Assembly (NCBI GenBank): GCA_965603825.1 | Contig: CBFDEM010000033.1 | Span: 496,001 to 560,000 of the forward strand | Direction: 5' to 3' | Length of the DNA stretch: 64,000 bases | Source of the DNA: Blepharisma stoltei ATCC 30299 | Taxonomy: Eukaryota > Protista > Ciliophora | Shown here: positions 37,068 to 47,736 of the stretch, piece by piece | Layout of the letters: every line of letters starts with the position of its first letter | Numbering within the stretch: the first letter of the stretch is position 1 | Made by a program: the position numbers and the translations under genes | The notes under the pieces: generated by a model | Told to the model about the DNA's origin: nothing | The model's input: the letters and a program-made list of their open reading frames with translations, nothing else | Database searches by the model: none

Positions 37068-40000
37068 TTATTCTTGGCCTCTCAGCAAGCTCTCGCACCT
37101 AGCCTTCAAATTTTTTCCTTTTTCTTTTAAAGTCTTATTTTGCCTCTTAAATTGTTTTAGGTCTTCTTCCAAGTGGACCTGGAAATTTTTTAAATTTTTG
37201 ATCTCATAACGAGTTTCTTCAACTCTTTCTTTTGATGTTTCCATTGCATTATTTTCTGCTTGGAAAACAGCAGATTCATATAATTTGTCATAAAGCTTCG
37301 AATCTAGCGTACTTGTTATAAGTGCATCACTATCATCTAAAATGAAAACGTTATTATCTCTTTCTTGAAGAAGGAGATAGCTGAGGATTTCAGCTTCAAC
37401 CCTGTTGTGCTGATTAAGATAAAGAGTCATTTTTACTTTTTCGTGTTTAGACAAGCTGACCCACAATAGCATTCTTTTATCTTCAGAAAGCCATTCTTGC
37501 TTCAGCAAATAACCAATTGGATTAGTTGCTGCCTTATAAGCTCTTGTAACAGGTTTAATATCATCAATTCACTTTTTCACAAAATCTTTTTTCTTTTTTT
37601 CATCAAAATCCAGTCAGCACTCTCTTTGTATGTCAATGTTCCATTCATCAATGTCATCTCCAAACCTCTTTTTGTCAAAAAGTGCAGCATTTCATACCAA
37701 AACGCGTTCTTCATTCTGAAAAGACTCTTCTCCCATCCACATGCTTAATTTATCCTGAGGTGGTGTAATTTCCCAAAGTTGTATTTGTCGTTCTGATAGC
37801 TCTGAAAGCTCTGGAGGTTCGAGGCCTTGCTGTATAGCCTTTTCAATTTTTCTTCTGAGATAGTCATTATGCAATATAGAAAGCTGCTTCCATATCCTCA
37901 ACTTGCCTAGCGGGTCTTCTTGCAGCCATTGTGACTCTTCTACAAAAACAACTTCTTGGAGTGGGGCTGGTGGGATAATTTTTTCCTCAATATTGTTCTC
38001 GTCTTTTAGATTTGGTAAGTTTATTTTTTGATTGCTTTTAACGAGCAGCATTTCTTCCAGCACTTTAAGTCATGCATTTACTGTATAGTTAATAGGCTTG
38101 GCTTCTTCTACTTCAAATTCTTGTTTCACAGAGTTGTTTGGGATTTCATCTTCAGAATCTGAGAGTTGATTGGCTTTAGTACTTGATTTTTCATCGCCAG
38201 AGTTTTCCCAGTCCATATATTTTTTCCTTTTAATCCTTGCCTTTATTACCAAAATAATTTTTTTCAAAAATCCAACAGTGTTGGCATTTCTATCAGCTTT
38301 ATTGGTATTGTAATGAGCGTAAACGATTGCTATAAAAATATTGATCAATAGCAAGTTGAATACAAGACTTAAGGTGATAAACCATAGCATGCCAATCTTA
38401 CCGTCTGCACCTAAAAACCGGCCAACGCTGAATTTTCCTATCAGTACATTGAAGGTTGAAAGGAGAGAATAATTAAAATGTTGGAATTCATCTAAAGCTT
38501 GGCCAAAAATTAAATATCCCATAATTGTATAGCCTATAATCATAAGAAAGAACATTATGATATAGAACAGCAAATCAAGCTTCGCAGAATCAAAAATATC
38601 AGTAAGGAGTGATGTCTGCTTACTGAACTCAAAGTATTTAAGAACCCTTAAAAATATGAGCAAAGCATTGAAGCAGGATACAACGCCGTAATGCTGGTAA
38701 AGCTTGGCAATATATCCAAATTCTCCAATATTATCTGCCCAAGTCTCGTTAATTTCGTAGTTATTTATGAAATCACTAGATATCAGTCTCACAAGATACG
38801 AGAACTGGATAATTGATAAAATGACTGATAACAACTGTAGCAGCTGCCACCCATCCATTCTCAAAAAGATTCACAAAGACTGTATAAGCTGTTTGATAGT
38901 AAAAATTATGACAACAACAAATTTCTGTATCTTCCTCCAAACCATCTGCACCATGAACCCTATGCCTTGATTTTCATTATCTTGGTTATTTCCTAGAAGC
39001 TTATCAAGGACATCTCTAACTGCTCTTTTCCCTCTTTGAATATTTTGCCTTTGCCCTATCAAGCCTCTCATAATTAATCATCACTCAGAAATGAACTGTG
39101 ATATAAAATAGACAATAAATAAAATAAAAATTATGTCAAGAGCTGCCCTTCCTTTATTTTCTGCACTGTAAGCATCAAGTTCAGCACTTTGAGAGGAAAG
39201 CCTGATTGTAATTTCCCCTGAAATATCTAAACTGAGTTGAATATATGCATAGCTGAACATATTCATGTTCGCGTTATAAACGACTCATTCAAATACAATA
39301 GAGCTTGTCTGGTTGCCAATGATGTCGTCAGCTTGGAAATTGATAAAAGCGTTTTTAAAATTCAAATAGGGGTACAACTCATAAGTGCAACCGCCTTCTT
39401 CGTTAAACGTGGCCTTTGTGCCAGGCTCTATGTACCTGAATTTAGTCAAGGAAGACTTGCCTTGAAACCCACTTTCTTCTCATTCCCCTGGATCGTCGGA
39501 GACATAAGCTATAACAGAGCTAGAAAATGTGTTTTTATTTTTGTGGATTTTGTAGCGATTCATGTTGAAACGGATCTTTGGGGAAGTTAAAAAGTAGTTT
39601 TGAGTTCCCACTGTTGTTGACTCTATGTAAGGGACCATAATCGCTGACAGAAACTCATAAGCAGAGCCAGGGTCATATATTTCAAGAAATGTCGTGTTCG
39701 ATCCTTTGTAAACAAATTGGGGAACTGCTATTGAGTCATATATTAGCTTATTCATAGCATAAGAGTCTTCAATTCTCATTCGATACTTAACAGACATGAC
39801 ATAAATAACAATAAAAATTATGTACAAAACCATTTCAGCAAAGAGCTTAAAATTGTAATTCACTTCGTTTTCCTTCATTTTTTTGAGGATTTCATTCTTT
39901 TTCTTTTCTTGTTCCATTGTCATGATAGTGTTTTTGTACTTAAGCATCATCTGTTCTCTTGTGAGCAGTGTTGAGCCTGCTCCCCTCAAGGCAAGCTGAA

Positions 40001-41900
40001 CTTGGCCAAAATTATATTTAACGATGCTAAAGATATTTTGCCTGCTTTGATGCAAAATTGCATTTTCCAGCTTCTTCAATCTTTCATTGATTTCTTCTTG
40101 CTCCTGAGCATTTGCAGTCGTTTTTACTGATAAAGCTTGATATTCAATCGCATCTTCTTCTAATGTGCTTTTAATCCTAAACAACAATAAGTTTATCAAA
40201 ATCTCAATGAGTCTGTGGCTGTCTTCTGCAAGCATACGTGCTTTAGCTTCTAGAAGCAGTTGTGATCTTTTTCTTAGCTCAGTATACACACTTAGAACAA
40301 TTGCTAGAAAAGTATTCAAAATTATAAAATAAAACAAAGACATATATGCTACATAAAAGACCCCAGAAATACTTATGCTTCCTCTGCGTATTTCTGAAAT
40401 TATGTCTCGTCCGAATAGAGATGACCATAAAGATGCAATAGTAGCTCCAAACGTGGAAAATCCTCCTGTCGCTATCCCAAACCCTAGGTATGCGGAAAGA
40501 GAAAACGCTACTATCATGAGCAAAGTGATTAGCCCAAAATTAATAATGTCTTTCTTAGCCATATTTATGGTATCAAATAGCACTCCGAATGAAGGAAACT
40601 TAGATTTTAAGATGACAAGGATTCGGAGTATAATCAAGAGAGCTGCAACTGCAGTTACTCGGATAAAAATTTTGAAATTTCGACAGTACGTTATAAAATC
40701 GATAAACTCGCTTTCAGAGTGAATAGGAATTTGAAGTTTTCCAATATTTCCAATCACATTTTGCAAAAAAAGCGAAATTGATGTAATAACTAAAGCTAAA
40801 GTCATAAATTCTAAATACTCATGCCATGCTACGTCTAGCTTTAATTTTGTTCAGAGGGTTGTGCATACTCTTAATAAAATTTGAACCATCTTGAATATCT
40901 GGATAAGAAAACCAACAATATAGATGGTTCCCAAAATGACCACGATTTTCGACTCTAGAGTCCAGGTTTCATAAGCTTCAGGAAAAATTCCAACGCTATC
41001 GCTTTCAAGGTTAAATCTCCCAGTACTTGTTCGTTCGACCGTTTGATAATAATATAATGTTGTCATTAAATTTCCATTATGAACTAGAAGTTCTGCAGTA
41101 ATGCTGACAAAATTATTAGGTATTAGCCAAATAGGCTTCATTATTCTTCATTTAGCAACTGCTTCTTCTAAAGTCAAATTGCAAAAAAATTCTACATAGC
41201 CACCTGCTTTATCAAATCCTCCACCACTCGTATAATTAAAAATCCCTAGGTCATTGATCTCTTCTCCATCAGTTTGCTGTATCCCTGCACCTAAGTTTGG
41301 GTCTTTTCTTACCTTTCAAACGGCTTCTTCATATTCAGAAAAAGGATTGCTAACCAGCCTGGCCTTTTTCAGTGTAAGCCTTAACCCAACAACATAGTTG
41401 TGTTTATTTATAAATGTATTTGTAAAGATGCCTGGGAAAAAAATCGTTCTGTAGTAGGCGTCTAAGTCAGTGAGGGACTGAATGTCTTTAAAATATCTGT
41501 TTGGATCACCAGCCCAAATAGTATTTTCGAAAATATCGATTATACTAAGGCTAAGAGGTGATGATTTATCAACCCTGTTTATAAATATGCTCAAAACAAT
41601 AAAAATTAAGGAGACTATGACTGACAAATACACCCCTTTCACATTTACTGGGGTTTCTTCAATGGATTTTACAAGATCTTTTTCAACTTCAAGCAGTTTT
41701 TTTTCGATAGCTTTTAGTTCTTGGTTGGAAAGTTCGACATCATCAATAGTAAGCTTGCCTTTTCTCATCTCAATTTCTTCAAGGATTTTTTGTCTATTTT
41801 TTGCTGAAGACTGCGCATTTTCTTTATCAATTTTATCAGTTTCCATTTCTTCAGCGCTTCTTTCGGTAAAGGGAGAGTCTTCGTCTTTTTTCTCTTCCAT
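37068..41900 (-). CDS. Two-repeat polycystin (PKD2/TRPP-like) channel, copy B, 1610 aa
   Basis: Same length as copy A at a constant 6349-bp offset; intact frame; scattered, largely synonymous substitutions. Confidence 0.85.
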
Positions 41901-41989
41901 TTTATTAACTGAAGCTAATAATTTACTTTATTCTTATTCAGAATATTATGGACTATCCACAATTTAATTATAGAATTAGATCAATAAAA

Positions 41990-43429
41990 TTAAATTTCTC
42001 TTGCAAATGTCATATTTCGGGCTATTTTCCTTTCAGCCTTTTTCAGTTTTTCTTGTTCATTTTCAAGCTCTGGGCTCTTTCCTTTTTTTACAAATTTTGG
42101 CTTGTAGCCTTGAGTGTAGATTTCTTTAAGCAGCTGCTGTGTATTTTTCTTTGACTTGATGTCAAGATATCTCATGAATTCTTCCTTTGTTTGAACCATA
42201 GGCTCGATAATAACTTTTAATTGCTCTTGAATTTTAGCAAAAATTTCTGGAAGCTCCATCCTTAAAATTTCTCCTTTATAATTCAGCTTATTTAAGATTT
42301 TCCCTCCCCAAGTTAACAAGTTTTGGTAATAAACTTGTGCCTTATCTTTTTGATCTTTTATGTTATTAAGCTCTTTGTCTTCTGCTTCAATTTGGTCTTC
42401 AATCGCTCTTAGCTCGCTATTATGAGGTCTATCATTATTTTCTCCTTTAACAAGCAAAAGTTCTCGTAACTGCTTTCTGGTGTTTTCGTTTTCAGTCTTT
42501 AAATCGTCGAGGTTTTTTTCTGATTCTGCAATTTTTTGAATTAAAATATTATGGTCTTCGTCCCTTGAAGCAAACTTTTGCACAATGTCTTCGATTGAGT
42601 TTAAACCAGTCATTGCCCTGATGTTTTGGAATGCTGATTCTATTTCAGTGGAATTCTGCCAGTCTTTTTCCATTTTCCACTGTATGAATCCGTACCAAAA
42701 CCGGTTTATTATCAGCTTTTCTTTCATTTGGACTTCATGGGCGAACTGGTCTTCATTTGCAGCTGCTTCTGCGACCTCTGCTTGCTTTCTTAGTCTTTCC
42801 CTTCTTTTTTCTGTTATTTCATTTCTGAACCTCATCTGCTGCTCCAGTTCGTGCGCTCTTTCATCTTTTCTCCTTATTTCTAGAGTTAAAGAGTCCCTTA
42901 ATTCCTTTAGCAACTGTTTTGACTTGTCTTTTGATTCTCTATGCTTTAAAGATTTTTGTTTTTCTGACTCCAAAATAGACCGAGTTGAGGATAAGCTGTG
43001 CTGGATAGTATTTGACTCCTTCTCGAGTGCGATTCTTTCTTGTTTCATCCTTTGCAAGACGTGCTCGTACGAGTCCTTGTTGATCATTTCTTCATCAATT
43101 TTGATTTTCGCCATTTCGATAGCGGTTTCGAGCTTAGAGATCTTATTGGTGAACGAAAAGTCTTCAGCGTTGCCAGTGCTCACTACTACAGTTAATTTTT
43201 CTAAGTCTTTTTTCAAGTTTTCAAGCTGCATTCGTTTGCTTTCGTTTTCCCTTTTAAGCTCATCATGCTTTTTTCGAATCATCACCAGCTGAAGAGAAAT
43301 TTCTTTCATCTCGTCATCTTTGTTGGTCGAGGTTACGTTTTCTGACTGGCTAAATATGCTTGACTCAGGCTGAGTCATCAGAAGTTTTATATCTCGCTTC
43401 TTCGCAAGGCTTTTCAAGGTCTCAGACAT
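41990..43429 (-). CDS. Coiled-coil protein resembling outer-dynein-arm docking complex subunits (CCDC151/CCDC114 family), 479 aa
   Basis: Long heptad pattern; 'ESAFQNIRAMTGLNSIEDIVQKF' resembles the AF..I...TG...i.e.v..F motif of ODA-DC proteins. Confidence 0.6.
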   Translation of the reverse strand: MSETLKSLAKKRDIKLLMTQPESSIFSQSENVTSTNKDDEMKEISLQLVMIRKKHDELKRENESKRMQLENLKKDLEKLTVVVSTGNAEDFSFTNKISKLETAIEMAKIKIDEEMINKDSYEHVLQRMKQERIALEKESNTIQHSLSSTRSILESEKQKSLKHRESKDKSKQLLKELRDSLTLEIRRKDERAHELEQQMRFRNEITEKRRERLRKQAEVAEAAANEDQFAHEVQMKEKLIINRFWYGFIQWKMEKDWQNSTEIESAFQNIRAMTGLNSIEDIVQKFASRDEDHNILIQKIAESEKNLDDLKTENENTRKQLRELLLVKGENNDRPHNSELRAIEDQIEAEDKELNNIKDQKDKAQVYYQNLLTWGGKILNKLNYKGEILRMELPEIFAKIQEQLKVIIEPMVQTKEEFMRYLDIKSKKNTQQLLKEIYTQGYKPKFVKKGKSPELENEQEKLKKAERKIARNMTFAREI

Positions 43430-43564
43430 TTATTTTTACTTAAAACGACTGAATTTTTTAGCAATCAATAATATTAAATAATTTTTAACTTTCTCTTAGT
43501 TCTTGCGTTGGCGTATTTTTACCATTTTCGTGATAAATTTATTAAAGCAGGGCAGTTATAGAGA

Positions 43565-46297
43565 ATGTCGAGCATGTAAGTGATATGCAGAGCTTATGAT
43601 ATACAATGACAAGAAGCCATGACTGACTTGATGGAACAGGTTCAAATGGAATACTTGCCTTCACATAAAGAAGAAGGCCAGCAGCAGCCAGAAATTGACA
43701 AGTGAAATCCTCTGCGGCGATTTCAGCATTTCGCTCTCCTCTACATCAAGTATGCAGACATCATTCGCAAGTTTGAGGAATGCTATGATCAGATGCTTCA
43801 CCCTCAAAAGCGAGCACTTATCAAGAAGCTGTTAGAAAATACCATTCTGAGACTTCTCGAAGTTAAAGAAGCTTTGGTGTTTTTAAATCCACGACCTAAG
43901 TCAATATTCATAAATATTGATGATTTGCTGATGGATTTGAAGCTAGACCCGGATAACATGGAAATCACGATCCCTCGTTATTTTGCTGAAGAGAATCGGG
44001 ACTATTTAGAAAGACGCACTCAGCTGATCAACAGATTAATGATAAACAATTTCCAGACTGACGAGCCTGAAGAAGACCAAAGAGAAGAAATGTTTTTCTT
44101 AGAACTGAACATAGAGAACGCCATCCGCATCATCCAGAAAAACGAAAGAGGAAGACAAGGCCGAGACAGAATCATCCAAGCCAGGAATTTCTCGAAGAAA
44201 AAAAGACTCAAAGAAGACCCCAAAAACAGAATTGAAGAAGAAAACACTGAAGCGACCCACACAGTGATTGTCCAAAAAGTATTCAGAGCATTTCTCGCAA
44301 GAATTTACATCGACCAAACCAGAGACAAGGAGCTCGAATTTCTCGGAATGGTCGCTCCTAAAAATGTGGAAAACGACCCTACTCTTGAGTATGAAAAAAA
44401 CCAAAAAGTCCGCAGAATGAAAAAAGAAGAGCATCTCAATGAATATATAGGAGCGCTCAAAGATCTCCAAGATGTCGTCCAAAGAAATGAAGGCGCCGAT
44501 ATGGAAGACACTATGAAAGAAGAAAGAAGGAAATTCATGATTGAGTTTATTTCAAACCACGAGTTCAAAGAAGTACCTAAAATCGAGGATTTCTATAAGA
44601 GGGAAAACGAAAATAGGGTTTTGTCCTCAGAAGAAGAAGCTAAAAAGAAAGTAGAGGAAGAAGAAGCAAAAAAGAAGGCAGAAGAGGATAAGAAAAAAAG
44701 CAAGGCGAAAGGAAAAGATAAGGATAAGAAAGGGAAAAAGGGGAAGAAAGGGAAAAAAGATAAGAAGAAAAAGGAAGAGAAAAGTGATGGGACAAAATGG
44801 ATTGGGACAACACCGTGTGTCCAAAAAATGCAGGAAGAAATAGTCAAGTTTAAAGATGTTTGGGAAAGCAGGGATGAGTCCACAAATCCAGTGCAGAAAT
44901 ATGATGAAGAGTTGGCGAAAGGGACAGTGAGACCGACTATTCAAGAAGCTGTTAGATTGCAGGTGGATCAGCTGATGGAGGCGGAGCTGCAAAATATAAG
45001 AATCTACCTTGTAGGAGCACCAGCACCTAAGACTAAGGGAGGCAAAAAAGGCAAAAAAGGCAAAAAGGGCAAAAAAGGTAAAAAAGGTAAGAAAGGTAAA
45101 AAAGGAAAGAAAGGCAAAAAGAAAGAAACCAAGGAAGCCCCACAAGAAGGACCATTGGATGCTTTAACAGGAAACGTTGCAATGGATTTCCTAGGAAAAA
45201 TGAAAGGAGGCCCAAGTGAAAAGCTTGTAGGAAACAGAGCTCCTGATGACATGCTCGCTGAGCTGGTGGCCAAAGGAATCTTGAGGAAGCTCGTCCCTTG
45301 CCACCTTAAAGATTTTATCGGCACATTTAATTATTTAGGGTCTGTTGTTCAGCACAATCTTACATTAGCAGACAGAGAGCCTGATCCATCTTATGCACAA
45401 ATTCGCCAAGTTGTTACAGAATACGGAATTCTCCCAATGGGTTCTCCATTTTTAAGGCAAAATTCTCCAATCTATACAAACTCAATCCTCCTCTATGGCC
45501 CACCTGGCTGCGGGAAAACAATGCTTGTTAGGGCGATGGCTACCCACTTAAACGCTGTCATTTTTGATATTTCCCCATATACCGTTTCTGAGTCTCCTTA
45601 CAAAACTGAGTCTAAAGGTCTCAATAAAATGCTTTACACCGTATTTCGCTCAGCCAAAGAAAACCCACCTGCTATCATCTATATTGATGAGTGTGAAAAA
45701 TACTTTTCAGGTGGAAAAGGGAAAAAAGGCAAAAAGAAAAAAGGTAGAGGAGAGTTCGCAAAGCTCAAAAAAGACTTAGTTGGGCACAAAAAATACCTGA
45801 AAAACCAGCACAGAGTTATAATAGTTGGATGCACCTCAAAGCCATGGGAAGCTAGCAAGGTGGACTTAAAGTCTTACTTCAACAAGCATATCTTGATCCC
45901 TCATCCTAACTATGCAACCAGAAAAGAGCTGTGGGAGCATTTCCTAGACAAGCATGGAGACATACTGAACCCTAAGTTCAATATAAGCACATTGGCTCAG
46001 CTTTCTGAAGGATATACAGCTGGAAGCATTAATCAGACTGTCAATAAAGTTATGACTGATTTAAGGAAGCAGAACCTAAAGTGGAGGCCTTTGCAGATAA
46101 ATGAATTTATTGCCCCACTCTCCAGGACTCCATGTGTGGATACTAATGTTGATAAAGAACTAAGAGAGCTGAACTATGAGCTGCTCGGGATTAAAGCTGC
46201 TTATGAAAAAGAGAAAAAGGATAAAGAAGAAGCAGAAAATGCAAAAGCTGACGGGAAGAAAGGCAAAGGAGGAAAAGGCAAAGGAAAAAAGAAGTAA
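43565..46297 (+). CDS. IQCA1: IQ and AAA domain protein (dynein regulatory complex subunit 11), 905 aa, one 15-nt intron
   Basis: After splicing the N-terminus is MSSIAYDIQ-W-QEA; YDQMLHPQKR, IQKNERGRQGR, VQKVFRAFLAR (IQ), GPPGCGKT, IYIDECEK. Confidence 0.9.
43576..43590 (+). other. 15-nt spliceosomal intron
   Basis: GTAAGTGATATGCAG; in-frame TAA; A at position 10. Confidence 0.85.
45041..45121 (+). repeat. Coding 9-bp tandem repeat, (Gly-Lys-Lys)x9
   Basis: GGN-AAR-AAR nine times with synonymous variation between units. Confidence 0.95.
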
Positions 46298-46307
46298 TAA
46301 GATTAAA

Positions 46308-47372
46308 CTATGATTCAAGCTGCAAAAATGGGCCTTCTGGGTTTGTAATGATTGTGTTGACCATTTCTTCTGTGACTTCTTTGATATCTTCTGGATACCA
46401 TTTAATATCTTCTTTGACCTTTTCTACTAGTTTCTTTGTAACAGCCGTCATAAAATTATAGCTTCTTCTATAGCCCAGTTGAACCCCAAAACTGTAATCT
46501 TGCTCAAGTACCTCTTTTAAATTTCTGCTTAATCCTAACTTAAAGGTTTTTAGTGCAAGTTTTAGTGAAAGTGGGCAAAGTTTGGCTAATATTAGCTTAG
46601 TTTCATTCTTAAATGGTGTAGAATTTATAGATAAATTTAGAAATAAATCATCAATGGTTGTTATATCAGTAAAAATGTCTTCTATTTCTGTTAAATGCAT
46701 TAGAAGCTTGGATTTTTCTTGTAGAGGAGGTTGATGATATTTGTCTAAAACTTCATGGAGGCTGCTTGAAGATTTAATTTCTTCTAAAACTATAGGGATT
46801 TGAGCTTCTGGAATATAGTGTGTTGAAAGACCTGCTCAATATAAATCGATCCCATCTAGAGCTTTTCCTGTTAGCATTATGTACAGTCCTAATGATTTAT
46901 TAGATAAATGCGAGAAAAAATAAGACGCTCCAGCATCAGGAACGAGACCAACTGCGCTTTCTGGCATTGAAAATCGAGTAGTTTCTGTGCATACTCTATA
47001 TTTACAAGCCATAGCTATCCCATTACCAGCACCTATACATAATCCTCTCAAAATGGCCAGAGTTTCAGTAGGCTGCTTATAAACTTGATATATGGTGGAA
47101 AGTTCTGCCCTATAAAACTCCAAAATAATTAAAGGATTTTCAAAGATAGCTAAGATATCTCCTCCTGCTGAAAAAGCTTTAGGAGTGCAGCTTTGAAACA
47201 CAAAATTTTTGTTTCTTGCTGTATTAATTAGATCAGAGATTGTTTGAATCATTTCATAATTTAAGGAGTTCAATCTTTCAGGCCTGTTTAAAGTAAAAAT
47301 TCTGGTACGAGGAAAGTCTTCATGCAATACGTTCGAGCTTAAATGCTGACGAAGCATTTGAAGTCTTTCCAT
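46308..47372 (-). CDS. HIBCH: 3-hydroxyisobutyryl-CoA hydrolase (crotonase family), 354 aa, N-terminal PTS2-like signal
   Basis: LNRPERLNSL, AFSAGGDI, FSMPESAVGLVPDAGASYF, 'DLY-W(TGA)-AGLSTHYI', CPLSLKL. Confidence 0.85.
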
Positions 47373-47658
47373 TTAAAAAATATTAAAATTTTGCTTTCTA
47401 GTACGTATTCAAAGACACCTTTTTCTTCCATGAAATTTGATGGCTAAAGGTTGTAAATTAGCTCAATAGTAACAGCTTTTATCAATTTCGAACGAAATTT
47501 ATAAATGAAAGTTGAGGCTGCTGCACTTAGCGAGCAGCTGATTGTTTTGCAAATAGTGAAGTTTGAAACAAACTCATAAATCGAAAGGATATATACAGTT
47601 TAATGTGAAATAAAAACACTTCTTTTGCTATGATCCTTAAATAAAAATATATTTATCT

Positions 47659-47663
47659 AAAAA
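47659..47663 (-). terminator. Oligo(dT) RNA polymerase III terminator
   Basis: T5 on the minus strand, one base after the predicted discriminator of the tRNA-like gene. Confidence 0.55.
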
Positions 47664-47664
47664 G

Positions 47665-47736
47665 GTCCAAGGTCGGGAGTCGAACCCGATTATTAAAAGC
47701 TTTGATAGTCTTATAATTGGCCCAGGCCACCCTGGA
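47665..47736 (-). ncRNA. tRNA-like Pol III RNA gene (non-canonical tRNA, pseudo-tRNA or other tRNA-derived RNA)
   Basis: 72 nt: acceptor TCCAGGG/CCTTGGA; perfect T arm TCGGG-TTCGACT-CCCGA (B box); TGGC at positions 8-11; TTTTT terminator directly downstream. D arm and anticodon arm are atypical. Confidence 0.7.

Noticed and set aside
30597-42793. 6.3-kb direct repeat as a transposon or LTR element
   Set aside because: No transposase, reverse transcriptase, terminal inverted repeats or target-site duplication; the content is host genes.
10753-43590. All six detected introns lie in plus-strand genes
   Set aside because: Small sample, two are paralogous, and stop-free introns are undetectable by eye; probably chance.
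45041-45121. Repeat array as CRISPR, telomere or satellite
   Set aside because: It is a coding GKK repeat with synonymous variation and no spacers. I saw no telomeric repeat arrays in the window.
47506-47580. Short hairpin GCTGCTGC-ACTTA-GCGAGCAGC and a 24-codon ORF near the tRNA-like gene
   Set aside because: Too short to distinguish from chance; no recognisable motif.
47665-47736. Canonical tRNA-Sec or tRNA-Trp call
   Set aside because: No long variable arm or 6-bp D stem, no U33 and no CCA anticodon; kept only as tRNA-like.
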